Assembly: GCA_950097015.1 (NCBI GenBank)
Contig: CATNEN010000001.1
Location: forward strand, 1,860,001 to 1,924,000
DNA from: Macrostomum hystrix
Lineage: Eukaryota > Animalia > Platyhelminthes
Direction of reading: 5' to 3'
Length of the DNA stretch: 64,000 bases
This document shows positions 61,001 through 64,000 of the stretch, piece by piece (the first letter of the stretch is position 1; each line of letters starts with the position of its first letter). The notes beneath the pieces were generated by a model that did not search any database, had not been told where the DNA came from, and saw only the letters and a program-made list of their open reading frames with translations. A program made the translations under genes and the position numbers.

Positions 61001-64000
61001 CTTTTTAGCAGTCAAGGTGTCAAGGCTCTAGCTTAGCAACCGCATAGCAACCGTGGTCTGCAACCGTTAAACCAAAACTCTGGATTTGCTCACCTGAGCG
61101 CTCTCGTCCCGACAGATGTACACTCGCCGAGACACCTCCAGGCTGACTAGCTGCAGCTGATGCTCCTTGGGTCGGTGAGCCGGGCAGTACATGCCCCGGT
61201 CAGTGAACAGCATGCAGCCGCTTTCGTTGGCGCACATCACGTGATAGACGGCGGTGCACCTAGATCGATAGCAGGCTAGGCCGGCACCGGGCCGATTGCA
61301 GGAGGAGCAGCGGGTGCTTAGAGCTCGACGAACGGCTGTGTCGACATTCACTAAGCCACCGGAGACTGTCTCGTAGACGTCGAAGCACCACAGGGCGCAG
61401 TTGAGATGGAGCCAACGGCCGGCGTGCAGATTCAACAGCCGGCCCGGACCGTCCGCTGGCAGGTCGCCGCGTTGGCCGCACAGGAGGCAGACGCGGAGGT
61501 CGCTTAGGCCAGAGGGCGGCTTGAGTGCGCCAGAGTGTCTGCTCAGAAGCTGCGAGAGCAGGTAAGAAGTGAAGCATGAACAACGAATCTCACTGCATCA
61601 GAGCATCCAACTCGCTCCACCAGAGCAGCCACCCCACTCCGCTAGAGTAACCACCTCACTCCGCCAGAGAAAACACCCCACTCCGTTAGAGTAACCACCT
61701 CACTCCGCCAGAGAAAACACCCCACTCCGCTAGAGTAACCACCTCACTCCGCCAGAGAAAACACCCCACTCCGCTAGAGTAACCACCTCACTCCGCCAGA
61801 GAAAACACCCCACTCCGCTAGAGTAACCACCTCACTCCGCCAGAGAAAACACCCCACTCCGCTAGAGTAACCACCTCACTCCGCCAGAGAAAACACCCCA
61901 CTCCGCTAGAGTAACCACCTCACTCGGCCAGTACATGTAGTGAGTAATAAGCGCCATACCTCGCCAATTTCTTCAATGGTCATTGGTTGAAACTCCTGCG
62001 CCGGTTTAAAATCTGGTCCGTATTTTCGCCAGCGCACACCTTTCCACTTCTTGGCCTGACCGAGTCGCTGCTCGCCAGACAGTGTCCTCCTACGCCCAGT
62101 CAGCAATGCGGGCCCGCTGCCGGAGCTGGCCTTTCCAACACTCATCTGACGCTCTACAGCTTTCGATCGGTTATTTGGCAATGGCGCCTGAAGTACAACG
62201 GGCACAGTGGACAGCTCGTCGCCGATGTACAATTGGCGACGATAGTCGGGCTGACTGGAGTCGTCCAAGCGCTAAGAAGTGGATTAGATTGCGTTTACAG
62301 ATGCAATGATAAAAATCAAGCGCATTAACAATATAAATCAATAATGCCCTCTCACCTTGACATCCTCTCCTCGTCTAGCAGCGGCCTGATAATGGCTCCA
62401 GCAATTCGAGCTGCAGAAGACAATAAAAGCAGAGGAATCGGTAGAGGCCGTCAGATCGGAGCCGTCCGCTGCCATGCGTCGACGAACGGAGCAGGAGGGT
62501 GGTACGGGCGATTCGCAATGAGCGCAGACGTTCGGCTGTTGCTGTTGCTTGCTGGCGATTAGAGCCGACACGCTGACTGGATCTTCGGCGTGACGCGAAG
62601 CGGCCGGACTTGGCGCAGGGGTTGTCGGACCGGAGCCCAGCTGCTGTTGCTGCTGCTGTTGCTGCATCGGACTAGGAGCCCAACTGCGAGCTGCGCTACC
62701 GCTGCCGGCGCCTTGAACTTCGTAGTCGAATTCCAGGCCAAGCATGTCTGACAAAGAGCGCATCATGCTGGGCATGTTGTTGGCCATGACGCCCGGCAGT
62801 CCGGTCAGGGTCAGGGTGACGCGAACCTTCTCTTTGTCTAAGGATTCGCCAGTTTCTTCGTCGACGCGAGAGCCGGCGCCGGCACCTAATCGGCGCCCAG
62901 ATGTTGACGAAGATGTCGGGTACGAAGACGAGGAGGTTATCTGCCGACGGCTGATAGCTAGCGGCGGCGAAGCCCCGTGCTGTTGAATAGGCAATTGCAG
63001 CTGTTGCTGCCGCTGCTGTTGGTTGCTAGGCACCAACGGTGCTATTAGGGACATTTTCTCGGGAGCCGCTGGTCGCTGTTGGTCTGCGCGCTCATTTTGA
63101 CAGCCGGTGGCGGTTGCTAGGGCCGAAGCTGTGCATAAAAGTGTGATTAAAAACTTTTATTAAACTCATGTAAGATCGATCATTTAATTTTCACTGACTA
63201 TTCTGCGCTAGACATTTTCTAGATCAATAAGATGGACGATAGACTATTCACTGACTATTCTGCAGTTGACTACTTCAAGATCAATAAAATCGACCATAGA
63301 TGATTCATTGACCAATGAGATTCGACCATAGACTAATCACGGACAAATGAGATTCGACATTACACTATAGCTAATTGAGATTAAGGATAGGAAAACTCAC
63401 CAGAATCAGCATCGCAAGCAACCGAATAAGCCTCGGACTTTACAACGCCATCAGCAGTCGCTGTTGCGCGATCATCCATAATGACGTCTTCGGCATCGAC
63501 AGTAGCCACGGTCGATTCAGTCGCGGACGCGGTCCACACTGGTTGCACAGACAGCGGCGGTGTGCCAACGCGAGGCGCAACAGCTGCAGAATAATCGTCG
63601 CCACTGTCTGGCAGAAGGCAAGCGATAAAATCGAGACTTAAACGCTTGGATTCGTGCAGCCAGTGACGCTCGTGCAGGCGAACAAAGAGATCGCTGCGAT
63701 GCGGCTCCACAGGCGGGCAGATCAACGAACTGCCTGGTTCAGGCAGCGAGACGGCCGCCGCTGTTGTTACCGATTTGGCTGACTTAGCGGCGGCGGTGGC
63801 TGCGGCGGCCACAGCAGCCGGCGTGATGACAGCGTCTGAACGCCTAGTAGAGTAAGGCCAGAGCTCGTATCGAGACACGGGAGGTCGCGGCTCAGGTTGA
63901 AGCAGATGCTGCTGCTGCTGATGATGATAAATGTACTGTTGAAGCTCAGCGGACTGAGCGGTACCAGGCGGCGAAAGAAGAGATGGATCTGGTCGAACTC
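55032..64000 (-). CDS. KMT2C: Histone H3K4 methyltransferase KMT2C/D (MLL3/4, trithorax-related), 3' part: extended PHD, FYRN/FYRC, WIN, SET, post-SET
   Basis: Phase-consistent exons >64000-63401, 63128-62356, 62271-61960, 61549-61094, 59654-59074, (58968-58804 optional), 57367-57067 and 55307-55032. Motifs WLHLNCALW, YPVGYWSTRVYWS, NPTGCARSEP, HSKSSQYRRLKTEW, GLGLFAAR, ARYINHSCQPNC, ELTYDYKF and CMCGAPQCRKWMN. Confidence 0.95.
55330..56098. repeat. Intronic minisatellite, 25-bp unit GGATTAGTAGGACATTAGGTAGGAT, adjacent to the last KMT2C acceptor
   Basis: Directly visible; ends ~20 bp from the AG at 55309-55308 (minus strand). Confidence 0.94.
57466..57800. repeat. Intronic tandem repeat, 69-bp G-rich unit, ~4.5 copies
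   Basis: GCGGAGTGAGGTGGCTGACTGTAACATGACACTGGGCGGAGTGGGGTGGG… repeated. Confidence 0.93.
59787..60153 (+). mobile_element. tRNA-derived SINE, family 2, apparently full-length copy in a KMT2C intron
   Basis: G-rich 5' end, A-box-like GTGGCAGAGCG, B-box-like GCTCGATTCC, (ATT)n tail; homologous to 41323-41596. Confidence 0.87.
60805..61054. repeat. Intronic tandem repeat, 57-bp unit, ~4 copies
   Basis: CTAGCTTAGCAATCGCATAGCAACCGTGATCTTTTTAGCAGTCAAGGTGTCAAGGCT repeated. Confidence 0.93.
61613..61925. repeat. Intronic minisatellite, 44-bp dimer of two related 22-mers
   Basis: CTCCGCTAGAGTAACCACCTCA alternating with CTCCGCCAGAGAAAACACCCCA; fills most of the intron. Confidence 0.94.

Noticed and set aside
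6824-61925. CRISPR-like appearance of the 20-34-bp repeats
   Set aside because: The units are head-to-tail with no unique spacers, there are no cas genes, and the context is eukaryotic.

Overview
Eukaryotic, intron-containing animal DNA. AT-rich intergenic/intronic sequence, GC-richer exons, and about 20 distinct minisatellite arrays. This style is reminiscent of the flatworm Macrostomum, but that is an inference. Genes reconstructed by hand from GT-AG sites and reading phase: a partial coiled-coil CDS at the left edge (-); a divergent PNPO-like gene (+); intronless OARD1/TARG1 (-); intronless SLC37A4-like MFS transporter (-); a UBASH3/Sts-like gene (+) whose phosphatase site looks degenerate; an HR96/NR1J-type nuclear receptor (-); a short adducin (+); a candidate 75-aa secreted Cys-peptide gene (+); and the 3' part of KMT2C/D (trr) (-). 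Mobile DNA: an internally deleted long-TIR mariner, two TIR MITEs (one with a 10-bp TSD) and two tRNA-derived SINE families. The most interesting signals are: (i) most large introns hold their own private minisatellite, with periods clustered near 20-22 and 28-34 bp, and several are built from branch-point-like or AG|GT motifs next to splice sites; (ii) a structured SINE carries an exact HDV-ribozyme P3/L3 motif; (iii) the small peptide gene; (iv) a cassette exon next to the KMT2C WIN motif. The long ORFs running through the arrays are artefacts. All coordinates were counted by eye, and array ends are approximate.
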